Of a stretch of 64,000 bases of DNA, positions 25,923 through 35,749 are shown one piece after another. The number at the start of each line of letters is the position of its first letter. Positions within the stretch are counted from its first letter, which is position 1. The position numbers were made by a program, and so were the translations under genes. This DNA is from Bacteroidales bacterium (GTDB taxonomy: Bacteria > Bacteroidota > Bacteroidia > Bacteroidales > VadinHA17): the NCBI GenBank assembly GCA_050014255.1, contig JBEKDR010000009.1, forward strand, positions 4,750 to 68,749. Reading direction: 5' to 3'. A model generated the notes under the pieces. It worked only from the letters and a program-made list of their open reading frames with translations, ran no database searches and was not told the DNA's origin.

Positions 25923-28064
25923 TCAGGTTTTTTTCATTGCAGTCAATACTCTCTCCTGTGTCATGGGTAGTTGATACAACCTTGCACCCATAGCATCAAA
26001 AACAGCATTGGCAATAACAGCTCCCATACAAATAATTGTTGGTTCTCCTCCTCCTTGTGGTGGTTGATCTTTTCTGTCCATTATCACTGTATCAATTTTG
26101 GGGACCCAAGAAAAACGTGGTATCTCATAAGTATCAAAAGAATGGTTTTTGATATCTCCTCCCTGAAATTGTATTTCTTCAGTCAGAGTATATCCCATTC
26201 CCATGGTAATGCACCCTTCCATTTGTATTGTTGTACCCTGAGGATTAACGCACAGTCCCATATCCTGTGCACAAGCCACACGAATTACCTGAACATGTCC
26301 GGTATTTTTATCCACCTTCACTTCAGCAATATGAGCTACCAGGGTTCCAACATCTGTTCCGCAAGCAATTCCATAGCCCCTGCCACTAGGGTTTTTGGCA
26401 GGTGTATAACCGAATTTTTCGGCTGCTGCTTTTAACACTGCAATCATTTTCTCCTCCTTGAGATTCATGAGGCGAAACTCCAATGGATCTTTACCTGCCT
26501 TAGAAGCCATTATGTCTATTTGTGACTCCCTTGCAAAGGAGTTGGTATTGTTACCAGGTGCTCGCCAGGCTCCTGTACCAAAGGGATGAACTGATCCCCC
26601 GGTATAGTTTATTGTTCTGGCGTTTGGAACATCATAGATAATATCTGATCCCCTTGCTCCGGCATAATAGGTATTATAATCCCAGAGTGTAATTTTGCCT
26701 GATTTATCCATTCCCGATGTGATTTTCACAACGGCTGCCGGACGGAACGTATCATAAAAGAACTCTTCCTGCCGTGTCCATGCAACTACCACAGGTCTAC
26801 CGGTGATCTGTGCAAGTTTTACGGCTTCAACTGCCTGCCTGTGTGCTGATTTTCCGCCAAAACCACCTCCCAGGAAAGGTGTTTTTATCCTTACTTTTTC
26901 AAGCGGAACGTTCATTTCACGGGCAATTGTTTCCTGTGCCCTGAAAGGTTGTTGTGTAGAGACCCATACTGTAATTTTATCACCTTCTATAATAGCTGTT
27001 GCAGCATGAGGTTCAATTGTTGCATGTGCCACATAACTGTTATGAAATTCAGACTCTGTAATGGCATCAGAAATTTTTCTACCGGTTTCCAGATCTCCAT
27101 TGCTCCTTATAACATTAGTTTCTGAATTTGCCTTCAGGATCCGATCAAAAATGGTTTTATCATCAACCTCTATTTCATTGAATGAGTACTCGGCTTTTAC
27201 TTTGACAATCGCCTGATCAACCTTATCTCTGTCATCACTCACTACAGCAATAAAATCTCCATCGTGTACAATCTGGATACCTTTTATCTTTTCAGCTTCC
27301 GATACATCAGCAGTTAATAATTTTGCTCCATGCGACGGAGGTCTGAGTAAACGTGCATGTAACAATCCTGACAACTGAATATCAGCAGAAAATTTGGCCT
27401 CTCCAGTGACCTTGAGCTGGGAATCCTGATGTAAATATGGTTTCCCGACATATTTGAATTTTGTATAATCCTTTAATTCCGGTTTGCCATCAAGGTGTTT
27501 TTCAATTCTTTTTCCTTTTGTCAACTCACCATAGCTGACTTTACTCTTGTAGTTCTTAATATCGCTGATAATGCCATCCTTTACCTCCAGTTGTGATACA
27601 GGCACCTGAAGGTAATCCGAACCCAATTGCATTAATACTGTTTTTGCTTCGGCAGCTGCGACTCTCATGTGTGGACTGAACGAACGTGTTGTCTGGGAAC
27701 CATTTGTGCCGCCATCCCATGGGCACAGGTCGGTATCACCCATAATCATCTTTACGCTCTCAAACGATACCTCAAGCTCATCTGCCATTATCTGGGCAAG
27801 TGATGTAATTGCTCCTTGTCCCATTTCAATTTTCCCGGTATAGCAGTTCACCGAGCCATCTTCCGCAATCTGGAGGAAAGCATTAAATTCTGTTGGTAAT
27901 GATCTGCCCTGTGGGATTTGTAATCCAAGAAGTTTAAAAGGATCCCGGGGTTGGAAAAAGATGAATATTCCACCACCGAGAAGTTTAAAAAAGTCTCTTC
28001 TTTTCATCCCGGTACGGTCTTTTGACTTTAATGATTCATTTTCATTTGTAATTATCTTTTTCAT
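25923..28064 (-). CDS. molybdopterin-binding subunit of a xanthine-dehydrogenase-family oxidoreductase (IorB/aldehyde-oxidoreductase-like)
   Basis: 713 aa with a Tat-type signal MKRRDFFKLLGGG. Layout resembles the aldehyde oxidase/xanthine dehydrogenase Mo-binding domains. Overlaps the 2Fe-2S subunit gene by 4 nt. Confidence 0.85.
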   Translation of the reverse strand: MKKIITNENESLKSKDRTGMKRRDFFKLLGGGIFIFFQPRDPFKLLGLQIPQGRSLPTEFNAFLQIAEDGSVNCYTGKIEMGQGAITSLAQIMADELEVSFESVKMIMGDTDLCPWDGGTNGSQTTRSFSPHMRVAAAEAKTVLMQLGSDYLQVPVSQLEVKDGIISDIKNYKSKVSYGELTKGKRIEKHLDGKPELKDYTKFKYVGKPYLHQDSQLKVTGEAKFSADIQLSGLLHARLLRPPSHGAKLLTADVSEAEKIKGIQIVHDGDFIAVVSDDRDKVDQAIVKVKAEYSFNEIEVDDKTIFDRILKANSETNVIRSNGDLETGRKISDAITESEFHNSYVAHATIEPHAATAIIEGDKITVWVSTQQPFRAQETIAREMNVPLEKVRIKTPFLGGGFGGKSAHRQAVEAVKLAQITGRPVVVAWTRQEEFFYDTFRPAAVVKITSGMDKSGKITLWDYNTYYAGARGSDIIYDVPNARTINYTGGSVHPFGTGAWRAPGNNTNSFARESQIDIMASKAGKDPLEFRLMNLKEEKMIAVLKAAAEKFGYTPAKNPSGRGYGIACGTDVGTLVAHIAEVKVDKNTGHVQVIRVACAQDMGLCVNPQGTTIQMEGCITMGMGYTLTEEIQFQGGDIKNHSFDTYEIPRFSWVPKIDTVIMDRKDQPPQGGGEPTIICMGAVIANAVFDAMGARLYQLPMTQERVLTAMKKT

Positions 28065-28543
28065 GGTTGTTTCCCTCCTTTTATTTCTTCACCTGCTGTC
28101 TGAATTGCTTTAATGATCCGTACGTGAGCTCCGCAGCGACATAGGTTACCTTCCATACCCTTTATAATATCCTGTTGAGATGGTTCCGGATTCTTCAATA
28201 ACAATCCCACAGCTTTCATAATCATACCCGGTGTACAGTATCCGCATTGTAAAGCATCATGTTCCATAAAAGCTTTTTGCATTGGATGCAGATTACCGTT
28301 GTGTGCTAGTCCCTCGATGGTGACAATTTTTTTATTAGCTGCATCACTAACTGGCAAAATGCAGGATCTTACAGGCTCCTTCTCTAGTAGAACAGTGCAC
28401 GCTCCGCAGAATCCCATACCACAGCCATATTTGGTTCCGGTTAATCCGAATTTGTTACGTAAAACCCATAACAGAGTCAGATTTGGATCAAGAAGCATTT
28501 CTGTTTTTTTACCATTAAGTTCAAAACGAATTGTCTCTTCCAT
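28061..28543 (-). CDS. (2Fe-2S)-binding small subunit of the oxidoreductase
   Basis: Cys clusters GCGMGFCGACTV, QCGYCTPG and LCRCGAH. Confidence 0.9.
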   Translation of the reverse strand: MEETIRFELNGKKTEMLLDPNLTLLWVLRNKFGLTGTKYGCGMGFCGACTVLLEKEPVRSCILPVSDAANKKIVTIEGLAHNGNLHPMQKAFMEHDALQCGYCTPGMIMKAVGLLLKNPEPSQQDIIKGMEGNLCRCGAHVRIIKAIQTAGEEIKGGKQP

Positions 28544-28888
28544 ACTTATTGAATTTAGTTTATTCCATTTAAATATTTTTAGAGATTTTTTTATATAAAA
28601 TTAATCTATTTCCAAAGAAATATTAATTTATAAAGTAGATAAAAGATATTCATAAGAATAAACGATTACTAAATTTGTCTTGTCATTGAATAGTTGCCCC
28701 GACTTGCTTATTCAATCAATATAGTAATTTTGGGTGTAACAAATCATATAACCAAAATTTCACCTGATTAAAGATGAGGTCGATTTTATTTATTATAAAT
28801 GAAAGTCCCTACAATTATTTCCCGGGTAGAAAAATTGGATGGCTATTGTTCTCTTATATCTCTATTATTCGTAAAATTTTTTATATAA

Positions 28889-28974
28889 GGTGAACCAGTC
28901 GGTAATCGAGGTCCCATAGCGTTTGTAAACGGTTGATTAATTTAATATTATTAGACAGGTTCAGAAGGAGGCAG
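28889..28974 (+). repeat. S element copy C
   Basis: GGTGAACCAGTCGG ... GTTGATTAA ... ACAGGTTCAGAAGGAGGCAG. 86 nt. Confidence 0.8.
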
Positions 28975-29195
28975 TAATATTCAATATCTTCTTATTGTAT
29001 TTATAAATCTTATATAACTATATTGCTAATAACTACAAAAACACAGGTGTAGTTAAATGAAAAACTGAAATAACCGCTATTTATATTACATAAGTGATAT
29101 CTTCTTACTGATTTCAGTGTTGGTATATATGTTGCTGAAGATTATTAATGTGTCAGTTAAATTATTAGTATTTGTTTATTAGAATGGATATCAAT

Positions 29196-29280
29196 GGTGA
29201 TTATACTCAAGTCTATACAGCATCGTTGAATATCTTTAAAGAATTAAAAATTAGGTAAGTTCATCCGGGGAGGATTGCAG
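29196..29280 (+). repeat. possible degenerate S element (C2)
   Basis: GGTGATTATA ... AATTAAAAATTAGGTAAGTTCATCCGGGGAGGATTGCAG. Same 85-nt length, with weak 5' and 3' boxes. Confidence 0.35.
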
Positions 29281-29420
29281 TACATTAACTGTGAATTATA
29301 AACAAATGTTAAACAATAAATGCATCCCATTCAACCGATTTCACGCTATAACAAGAACGGATTATAGGTTTTAAATACATTTGCTTTTAAAAAAATAAAG
29401 AAAATCAATCGCATTATCTT

Positions 29421-29492
29421 GAAAATACTTAACTCTGGCTTTTAGTGGTCGATTTGAGCCGGCTAAAACTCATCAAGGCCACTGGCTTTTCC
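29421..29492 (+). repeat. R element copy R4 (5'-truncated)
   Basis: TTAACTCTGGCTTTTAGTGGTCGATTTGAGCCGGCTAAAACTCATCAAGGCCACTGGCTTTTCC aligns with R1, R2 and R3. Confidence 0.65.
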
Positions 29493-29790
29493 AGTGTGGT
29501 TAATATTTCGTGATAATATTGAATATCAGAGTATTATGTGAAAAATGAAGATACAATCTACTTTTCGGTTCTGTAGAATTTGTAACTATTTGTATACTAA
29601 ACAATTACAATAGATTTAGGCCATTTTGTATTTAAGGGCTTCAGATCTCCAAAACCAACTTGGTACATTTCCCCAAAATAGAATCTAAAGTATACAATAT
29701 CATTATATTGCAAGATATATAGAATTAAGTTATTTTGATAGAATAGTAATGAATCCACCTTTTTAAGGGTGTGTTATTGGTGAGATTACC

Positions 29791-31776
29791 TCATTTGTAT
29801 CTTTCGAGAATTGAGATCAGTCTATCTGCTTTAACTTCAATTTCTTTAGATTCTTTTTGCAAGCTGGTTACGAATTTATTGTTGTCATATACTCCACGGA
29901 CAGCTTGAAAATCACGATCCCTGGTATCAACGTCCCCATCAATGCCAAATCCAAGTTTACTGCCAGGGTCAAATTCTTTTTCAGCATCCTTCAGAATCAT
30001 ATTATTCAGCTTAATGGCATTTATTTTCCAGTCTGTAATGATCTGGATTAAACTATCGATCGGAATCTTATCAGGGTTATCTCCGGTTTGCTGACGAATG
30101 AGGCTAGAACACCATATCCAGTTATATTTATTATAGTTATTATAAATTGAAGTAAGATTCTCAATTAATTCGTCAACCGACCTTATTTTGCTGGTTTTAA
30201 CTGAATCGACCAGATCATCAATTTTACTTGCAGGTGAGAACAATCCGCAAATTTCCACCCACTTACCTGCTCCATCTGTATCCTGAACGGTCAACATACT
30301 TCTTAAATCTGTAAGATCTGAATTAGTATCCAATTCCTGGATGCGTTTAACTATTTCCTGACCAATATATAATTTCAGGGCCATTTCATAATACTTTCGG
30401 GTGGTTTTCAAAAGAAGGCGATGGATGTTTATCCCTTTATAATTAATATAATCCTGTCTTTTATCGGTTTTTTCAGCAAGTTCATTAAGAATGCTGATTC
30501 CATTAATTATTTTGCCAACAATATATGGATTGAACAAATCGAAATGGATCAGATCAAGCTTATCTGAATCCCTTCTTTTGTCCCTTATTGGCCATTTATC
30601 AATGTCTCTACGTGTACCAACAGAGAAAAGGTTCATTGCGGGGGTAAGTTCACTTTTCCCCTTTTCCTCCGAGATGTAAGAAAAAGGGAAATCTGAAGAG
30701 TCGAAATTTACATAATGTTTACCCATTACTACGGTAAATGCACCAATATGGCATGGAAGTAGCAGGTACGCAAAAGAACCTGTTTTTGATCCGCGTTCCA
30801 GAATGCCCTGGTGTATAGGACCAAGCTTGTACATATGATTGCTCTGATTTGTCCCGCTTCCGGCATTGAAAAATGAAAATAGACTGGCAATCATCAAAGT
30901 TGACTTATGGTGCGTCACTGTATAGGGTCCGGCAAAGACACTACATCCTTCGCCATGAAATGCTTCACAATTGGCAAAAAACAGTGAGTTTTCAGCTGAA
31001 TATTGCTTACCCATTTTTACGCTTTGCCCGACAAAACTCTTGTCAATGATAGCTCCACTGTCGACCTTTGAGCCGGACAGAATGATGAACTTTTTTGCAA
31101 TTACCCCTTCACCTATAATTGCAGGTGCCTCTTTGCAACTGATAATGGTTCCCTCTTCAAGAAGGATAGTTCCGGAAATCCTGGCATGACTTCCCACGTT
31201 TACATTACGCATTATGAGAGTATCCTGAATCCTAGCACCTGATTCAATTCTTCCGCGGTTTCTCTTTTTTGTCTCACAGTAATCACTAATGATCGCTGAC
31301 AGCTTTTTGGTAAATTGCTGATCATGCCTGTAAAGTACTGCCAGATAAGCTATTTGAGATGATAGACGGTCAAAAATCTGAAGCTCTCTTCCTCCACCTT
31401 CATTTAAAACATCTATGCTGGTGCCGTTGCCAAAAGTGGATTCATCACTTGTTGTAAGAGAGCCTGCATTTTCAATGACAACGTTCTCCTCAATCAGGTA
31501 ATTCGTGAGATTCCTGACATCAGATATATATACATTATCCTCTATCTCACAATTGCGGATACAACTGCTGTAAATTCCACATTTTTTCCCTATCCCTTGA
31601 TTTGTTTCAATACTGCCTGAAAACACACCCAGGGTTATTTTGCCGTCGAACCTTGTATTATGGATATTTCTGGCAGAAAACTGTTCTTTTACAGAAATGT
31701 CGGACCAGTTATCTGCAAAACAACCCTGCGAGATAAGGGCCCTAATCTCTGAATCAGTTAATGGTCTGTAGTTCAT
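29791..31776 (-). CDS. DUF4954-family protein (left-handed beta-helix-like)
   Basis: 661 aa. The N-terminus MNYRPLTDSEIRALISQGCFADNWSDISV.. matches my memory of DUF4954. It commonly sits next to nagB in Bacteroidota. Confidence 0.65.
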   Translation of the reverse strand: MNYRPLTDSEIRALISQGCFADNWSDISVKEQFSARNIHNTRFDGKITLGVFSGSIETNQGIGKKCGIYSSCIRNCEIEDNVYISDVRNLTNYLIEENVVIENAGSLTTSDESTFGNGTSIDVLNEGGGRELQIFDRLSSQIAYLAVLYRHDQQFTKKLSAIISDYCETKKRNRGRIESGARIQDTLIMRNVNVGSHARISGTILLEEGTIISCKEAPAIIGEGVIAKKFIILSGSKVDSGAIIDKSFVGQSVKMGKQYSAENSLFFANCEAFHGEGCSVFAGPYTVTHHKSTLMIASLFSFFNAGSGTNQSNHMYKLGPIHQGILERGSKTGSFAYLLLPCHIGAFTVVMGKHYVNFDSSDFPFSYISEEKGKSELTPAMNLFSVGTRRDIDKWPIRDKRRDSDKLDLIHFDLFNPYIVGKIINGISILNELAEKTDKRQDYINYKGINIHRLLLKTTRKYYEMALKLYIGQEIVKRIQELDTNSDLTDLRSMLTVQDTDGAGKWVEICGLFSPASKIDDLVDSVKTSKIRSVDELIENLTSIYNNYNKYNWIWCSSLIRQQTGDNPDKIPIDSLIQIITDWKINAIKLNNMILKDAEKEFDPGSKLGFGIDGDVDTRDRDFQAVRGVYDNNKFVTSLQKESKEIEVKADRLISILERYK

Positions 31777-31794
31777 CTTATAGGTTTAAGATTA

Positions 31795-32598
31795 TTAGGG
31801 AAGGCTATGGGTGGTAACGTTTTCGAGATTGTTAAAATACTTGACGGTTTCGACCTGTAGCTCCATTGTTGCAGGCTCGTCACATACCAGCACAGTTTTC
31901 TGGTGCATCTGAAGGATGGATACTGTCCACATATGGCTGATTCCGCCCTCTACAACCTCCCTTACAGCACGGGCTTTATTATAACCAGTTATAACAATCA
32001 GGACTTCCTTTGCATCCATTACGGTACCAACACCAACTGTCAATGCCTGTGTGGGTACTTTCCTTATGTCTCCTGAGAAGAATCTTGAATTTGCGACAAT
32101 TGTATCGTAGCTTAAAGTTTTGATTCTCGTTCTTGATGCAAGGGAAGATCCGGGTTCGTTAAAAGCAATATGACCGTCAGGACCTATTCCTCCAAGGAAT
32201 AAATCTATACCTCCTGCCTTAAGAATCTTTTTCTCATAATCAGCACATTCTTTTTCAAGATCTTTAGCGTTCCCGTTAAGAATGTTTATATTTTCCTTTG
32301 GGATATCGATATGGTTAAAGAGGTTATTATACATGAAATAATGATAGCTTTCAGTATGATCTTCAGGAAGACCTACGTACTCATCCATGTTGAATGTTAT
32401 CACATTTTTAAATGATACCTCTCCCTTCTTGTATCTCTTTATAAATTCCTGATACACCGGTAATGGTGAAGACCCGGTAGGTAACCCTAACACAAATGGC
32501 TTATCCTTTGTTGGATTTGCCTTTTTGATTTTCCCGATTATATAGGTCGCGGCCCAATCGCCTACTTCTGAGGGGTCTTTTTTAATAATGATTCTCAT
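31795..32598 (-). CDS. nagB: glucosamine-6-phosphate deaminase
   Basis: 267 aa with motifs [18 protein letters not shown] and [15 protein letters not shown]. Confidence 0.9.
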   Translation of the reverse strand: MRIIIKKDPSEVGDWAATYIIGKIKKANPTKDKPFVLGLPTGSSPLPVYQEFIKRYKKGEVSFKNVITFNMDEYVGLPEDHTESYHYFMYNNLFNHIDIPKENINILNGNAKDLEKECADYEKKILKAGGIDLFLGGIGPDGHIAFNEPGSSLASRTRIKTLSYDTIVANSRFFSGDIRKVPTQALTVGVGTVMDAKEVLIVITGYNKARAVREVVEGGISHMWTVSILQMHQKTVLVCDEPATMELQVETVKYFNNLENVTTHSLP

Positions 32599-32640
32599 AG
32601 CTTAATTTTTTAAATTTTATAAATAATTTAGTTTTTGGTG

Positions 32641-34791
32641 TCACTGTACGGTTGAAGTATTGAGTAAAATGCGGGCATCTGTAACATAGCAGCCTTTGGT
32701 TTCTTCAAGCACAATTAAAGGATTTATATCCAGCTCTTTAATTTGTGAGCAATCAAGAGCCAGCTGGCTTAATCTGATTAGACATTCTCTTATTGCTGCA
32801 ATATCGCGCGGTGCTTTTCCCCTAATTCCGTGAAGGATTTTATATGATCTTATTTGTTTTATCATAGAATCGGCAATTATCTCATCAATCGGTGCGACCC
32901 TCAAGCTAATATCTTTAAAAACTTCAACATACACTCCACCAAGTCCGAACATTACTATGGGTCCAAATGACGGATCTCTTTTTATCCCCAGGATCACTTC
33001 TTCACCTGATAAGATCATTTTGCTTACCTGAATCCCTTTGATTCTTGCTTCGGGCATAATCTGCAGAACCTGTTCTATAATTGCGGTGTAAGTGTTCCTG
33101 GCCTCTTCGACTGAATTAATATTTAGTACAACCCCTTTTGCATCAGATTTGTGTATTATGTCATCTGACATTATTTTCATTACTACAGGGAATCCAATAT
33201 TCAGAGCAACTAAGGCTGCTTCATCCGGTGAAGTCGCCAGTTTGCTTGAAACTACAGGGAGACCATATATTTTGAGAATGCTGACAGCTTCATCCTCGGG
33301 AAGGTAAAAGTGATTATTCCTGATGGCTTCATTCAATATTGAGTGAACTGTTTTTGTGTCCACATCCGTATAGATACGCTGTGGATGAGGATTTATATCG
33401 ATGTCGCGATAAAAACGGTAAACCCTCGAAAAACTCTTGCACATCGATTCAGGGAGGATATAATGCGGAATTTTATTTCTAAGTAGGATATCAACACCAA
33501 CTGCAACATCTGCTTCTCCCATAAAGGAAGCATAAACCGGTTTGGAATATTGTTTTGAGACTTTTACCACCTCTTTGGCTATAGTTTCGATATCTGTCAT
33601 GGACTGAGGTGTCAAAATCACGAAAACTGCATCGACATCATCTTCTCTGAAGGCTCCATTTAGTGCTATGCTGTACCTGTCTGCACGGGCATCTCCAACT
33701 ACATCAACAGGGTTTTTAATATTTGCGTTTGCTGGCAAACACTTTCTGAACTCCCTGGTGGTTTCCTCTGAGAACTTTGCAAGTTGGAGTCCATTGTGTA
33801 TAGCTGCATCGGTAGTTAATACACCCGGACCACCAGCATTTGTAATAATGGCAACCTTGTTCGATCGCGGTGCCGGTTGATATGCAAAAGCAATTGCAAT
33901 ATTGAACATTTCTTCAATATTGTCGCAGCGGATTATTCCAGCCTGTTTAAAGGCTGCATCATATATCTCATCATTCCCGGCCAGAGATCCGGTATGTGAA
34001 GCGGCTGCTGAAGCTCCGGCTTCAGTTCGACCTGCTTTAAGGAGTAGGATAGGTTTTCCACTTAAACTTGTTACATCGCGTGCAGCCTTCATTAATGCAC
34101 GGCCATCGGTAACTTCTTCCAGATATAATAAAATGACCTTGGTGTTGTCATCTTCCATTAAATAATAGATAAGGTCAATCTCGCTTATATCAACTTTATT
34201 CCCGAAACTTATAAACTTCGAAAAGCCTATATGCTTTGCTAGTGCATAATCCAAAACTGCTGTACACAGGGCACCACTTTGCGACAGGAAACCTATACTG
34301 CCCTGTTCAGGCATTTTACGGGCAAATGAAGCATTAAGGTTAATATATGGATCGGTGTTGATGATGCCGAGACAGTTAGGGCCGATTATAGACATTTCGT
34401 ACTTTTCAGCGATACATTTGAGTTGTTTTTCCCGCTCCAACCCCTTTTCCCCGACTTCTTTGAAACCAGCTGAAATGATAACCACCCCTTTAATTCCCTT
34501 TTGTCCGCATTGTTCCAGTGCCAAATGACAAACTGTGTTTGGAAAAACAATGATGGCCAGATCAACCGGGTCATTAATATCCACTACGTACTTATATGCC
34601 TTAATGGAACATATCGATTTTTCTCCTGGACTAACAGGAAATACAATACCGGTAAACTCCGTCTTAAGTATGTTGAATAGAATATCGTAGGGAACTGTTC
34701 CTTTTACGTTGTTAGTGCCAACCACAGCAATTGATTTGGGATTAAATATCTTAACAATGTTCTGCTTGTGGATTTCTGTTCTTATAGACAT
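32641..34791 (-). CDS. ADP-forming acyl/acetyl-CoA ligase family protein (fused alpha-beta)
   Basis: 716 aa. CoA-binding N-terminus (IAVVGTNN..), succinyl-CoA-synthetase-like flavodoxin domains (GPNCLGI, SQSGAL, the His in ASHTGSLAG) and a C-terminal ATP-grasp. Confidence 0.85.
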   Translation of the reverse strand: MSIRTEIHKQNIVKIFNPKSIAVVGTNNVKGTVPYDILFNILKTEFTGIVFPVSPGEKSICSIKAYKYVVDINDPVDLAIIVFPNTVCHLALEQCGQKGIKGVVIISAGFKEVGEKGLEREKQLKCIAEKYEMSIIGPNCLGIINTDPYINLNASFARKMPEQGSIGFLSQSGALCTAVLDYALAKHIGFSKFISFGNKVDISEIDLIYYLMEDDNTKVILLYLEEVTDGRALMKAARDVTSLSGKPILLLKAGRTEAGASAAASHTGSLAGNDEIYDAAFKQAGIIRCDNIEEMFNIAIAFAYQPAPRSNKVAIITNAGGPGVLTTDAAIHNGLQLAKFSEETTREFRKCLPANANIKNPVDVVGDARADRYSIALNGAFREDDVDAVFVILTPQSMTDIETIAKEVVKVSKQYSKPVYASFMGEADVAVGVDILLRNKIPHYILPESMCKSFSRVYRFYRDIDINPHPQRIYTDVDTKTVHSILNEAIRNNHFYLPEDEAVSILKIYGLPVVSSKLATSPDEAALVALNIGFPVVMKIMSDDIIHKSDAKGVVLNINSVEEARNTYTAIIEQVLQIMPEARIKGIQVSKMILSGEEVILGIKRDPSFGPIVMFGLGGVYVEVFKDISLRVAPIDEIIADSMIKQIRSYKILHGIRGKAPRDIAAIRECLIRLSQLALDCSQIKELDINPLIVLEETKGCYVTDARILLNTSTVQ

Positions 34792-34912
34792 TGGTTTCTT
34801 GTTAAAATTGAAATTTGCTATTCTAAATGCCGGATTAAGAAGGAAGGAACTACAGAAAAAATTATGACATATAATAGAAAATATTGGCTTTCGAGAAAAA
34901 ATAATAGCAAGA

Positions 34913-35155
34913 TCAAGTGATGTAAGTGTTTATGAAGTCAACAGCTTCCGAAACTGTTTGAACTTCCAGTGATTTTTCTTCATCCATCTCAATGTTGAAT
35001 TCTTCCTGAAAGCCTGCAACCAGCCGAATACTTTGAAAGGATGATGCGCCTAAATCGAAAGAGAAGTTTGCATTATCCGATATTTCTGATTCATTAATCT
35101 CAAGTACTTTGGCGATTACTTTTTTTACCCTGTTTTTAATTTCTTCTCTTTCCAT
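34913..35155 (-). CDS. acyl/peptidyl carrier protein (non-canonical LGASS motif)
   Basis: 80 aa acidic four-helix pattern. FDLGASSFQSIRLV occupies the place of the usual LGxDSL. Confidence 0.65.
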   Translation of the reverse strand: MEREEIKNRVKKVIAKVLEINESEISDNANFSFDLGASSFQSIRLVAGFQEEFNIEMDEEKSLEVQTVSEAVDFINTYIT

Positions 35156-35598
35156 TTTAATAATTTTTAGTTGAGAGTCTCTGTTTTTATATAAAATTCT
35201 CCCTTTTTCCAGGAAGTATTAAAAAGAGTTTATTTTGATCTAATTTACTGAATTATAACATCTTAAACAATTGAAAACTAACCTAAAAGCTAATAAATAT
35301 AATAAAAGAATTGGATATAATGAAAAAGCAATACATAATACTGACATACAGTATGTTAAAAATATTTTTTATTACAAATTTATTTCAGAAATGCCTAACC
35401 TGAAAACAAATTGTCTTAAGTTTGATAATATAACCAACCAGGGTATTAAAGACCGTTTAAATGAAACTGATATCTTATTTTGGAAGTGCTACTTTCTTGC
35501 AATACATTAATTCGAAAAGCGATAAACCATTTGATGACTTAAAATATGCTTTTTGTCTGATCATTTTTTGGATGCAGTCCTAATTGCCAGTTAACTAA

Positions 35599-35636
35599 TT
35601 TACTTTTAAGCAACGTTTTTACTTTTAAGCAACGTT
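35599..35636. promoter_or_regulatory. perfect 19-bp tandem duplication containing an 8-6-8 palindrome, upstream of the ROK kinase gene
   Basis: TTTACTTTTAAGCAACGTT occurs twice (35599-617 and 35618-636). ACTTTTAA-GCAACG-TTAAAAGT spans 35621-35642. The ATG is at 35750. Confidence 0.4.
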
Positions 35637-35749
35637 AAAAGTACATTGAATTTGACGAATTAAGTTTCTTTATGTTATCAGTTCGTTCATTTCAAAATTG
35701 TAATTTTATGTTTATAATTCATCAGGTTATTAATTCTAAAATTACGGCA

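Noticed and set aside
24622-29280. S elements interpreted as integron attC sites.
   Set aside because: The ends do not fit RYYYAAC / GTTRRRY. The two halves are not consistently complementary beyond 5 bp. The adjacent recombinase fragment looks like a phage-type integrase Arm domain, not IntI.
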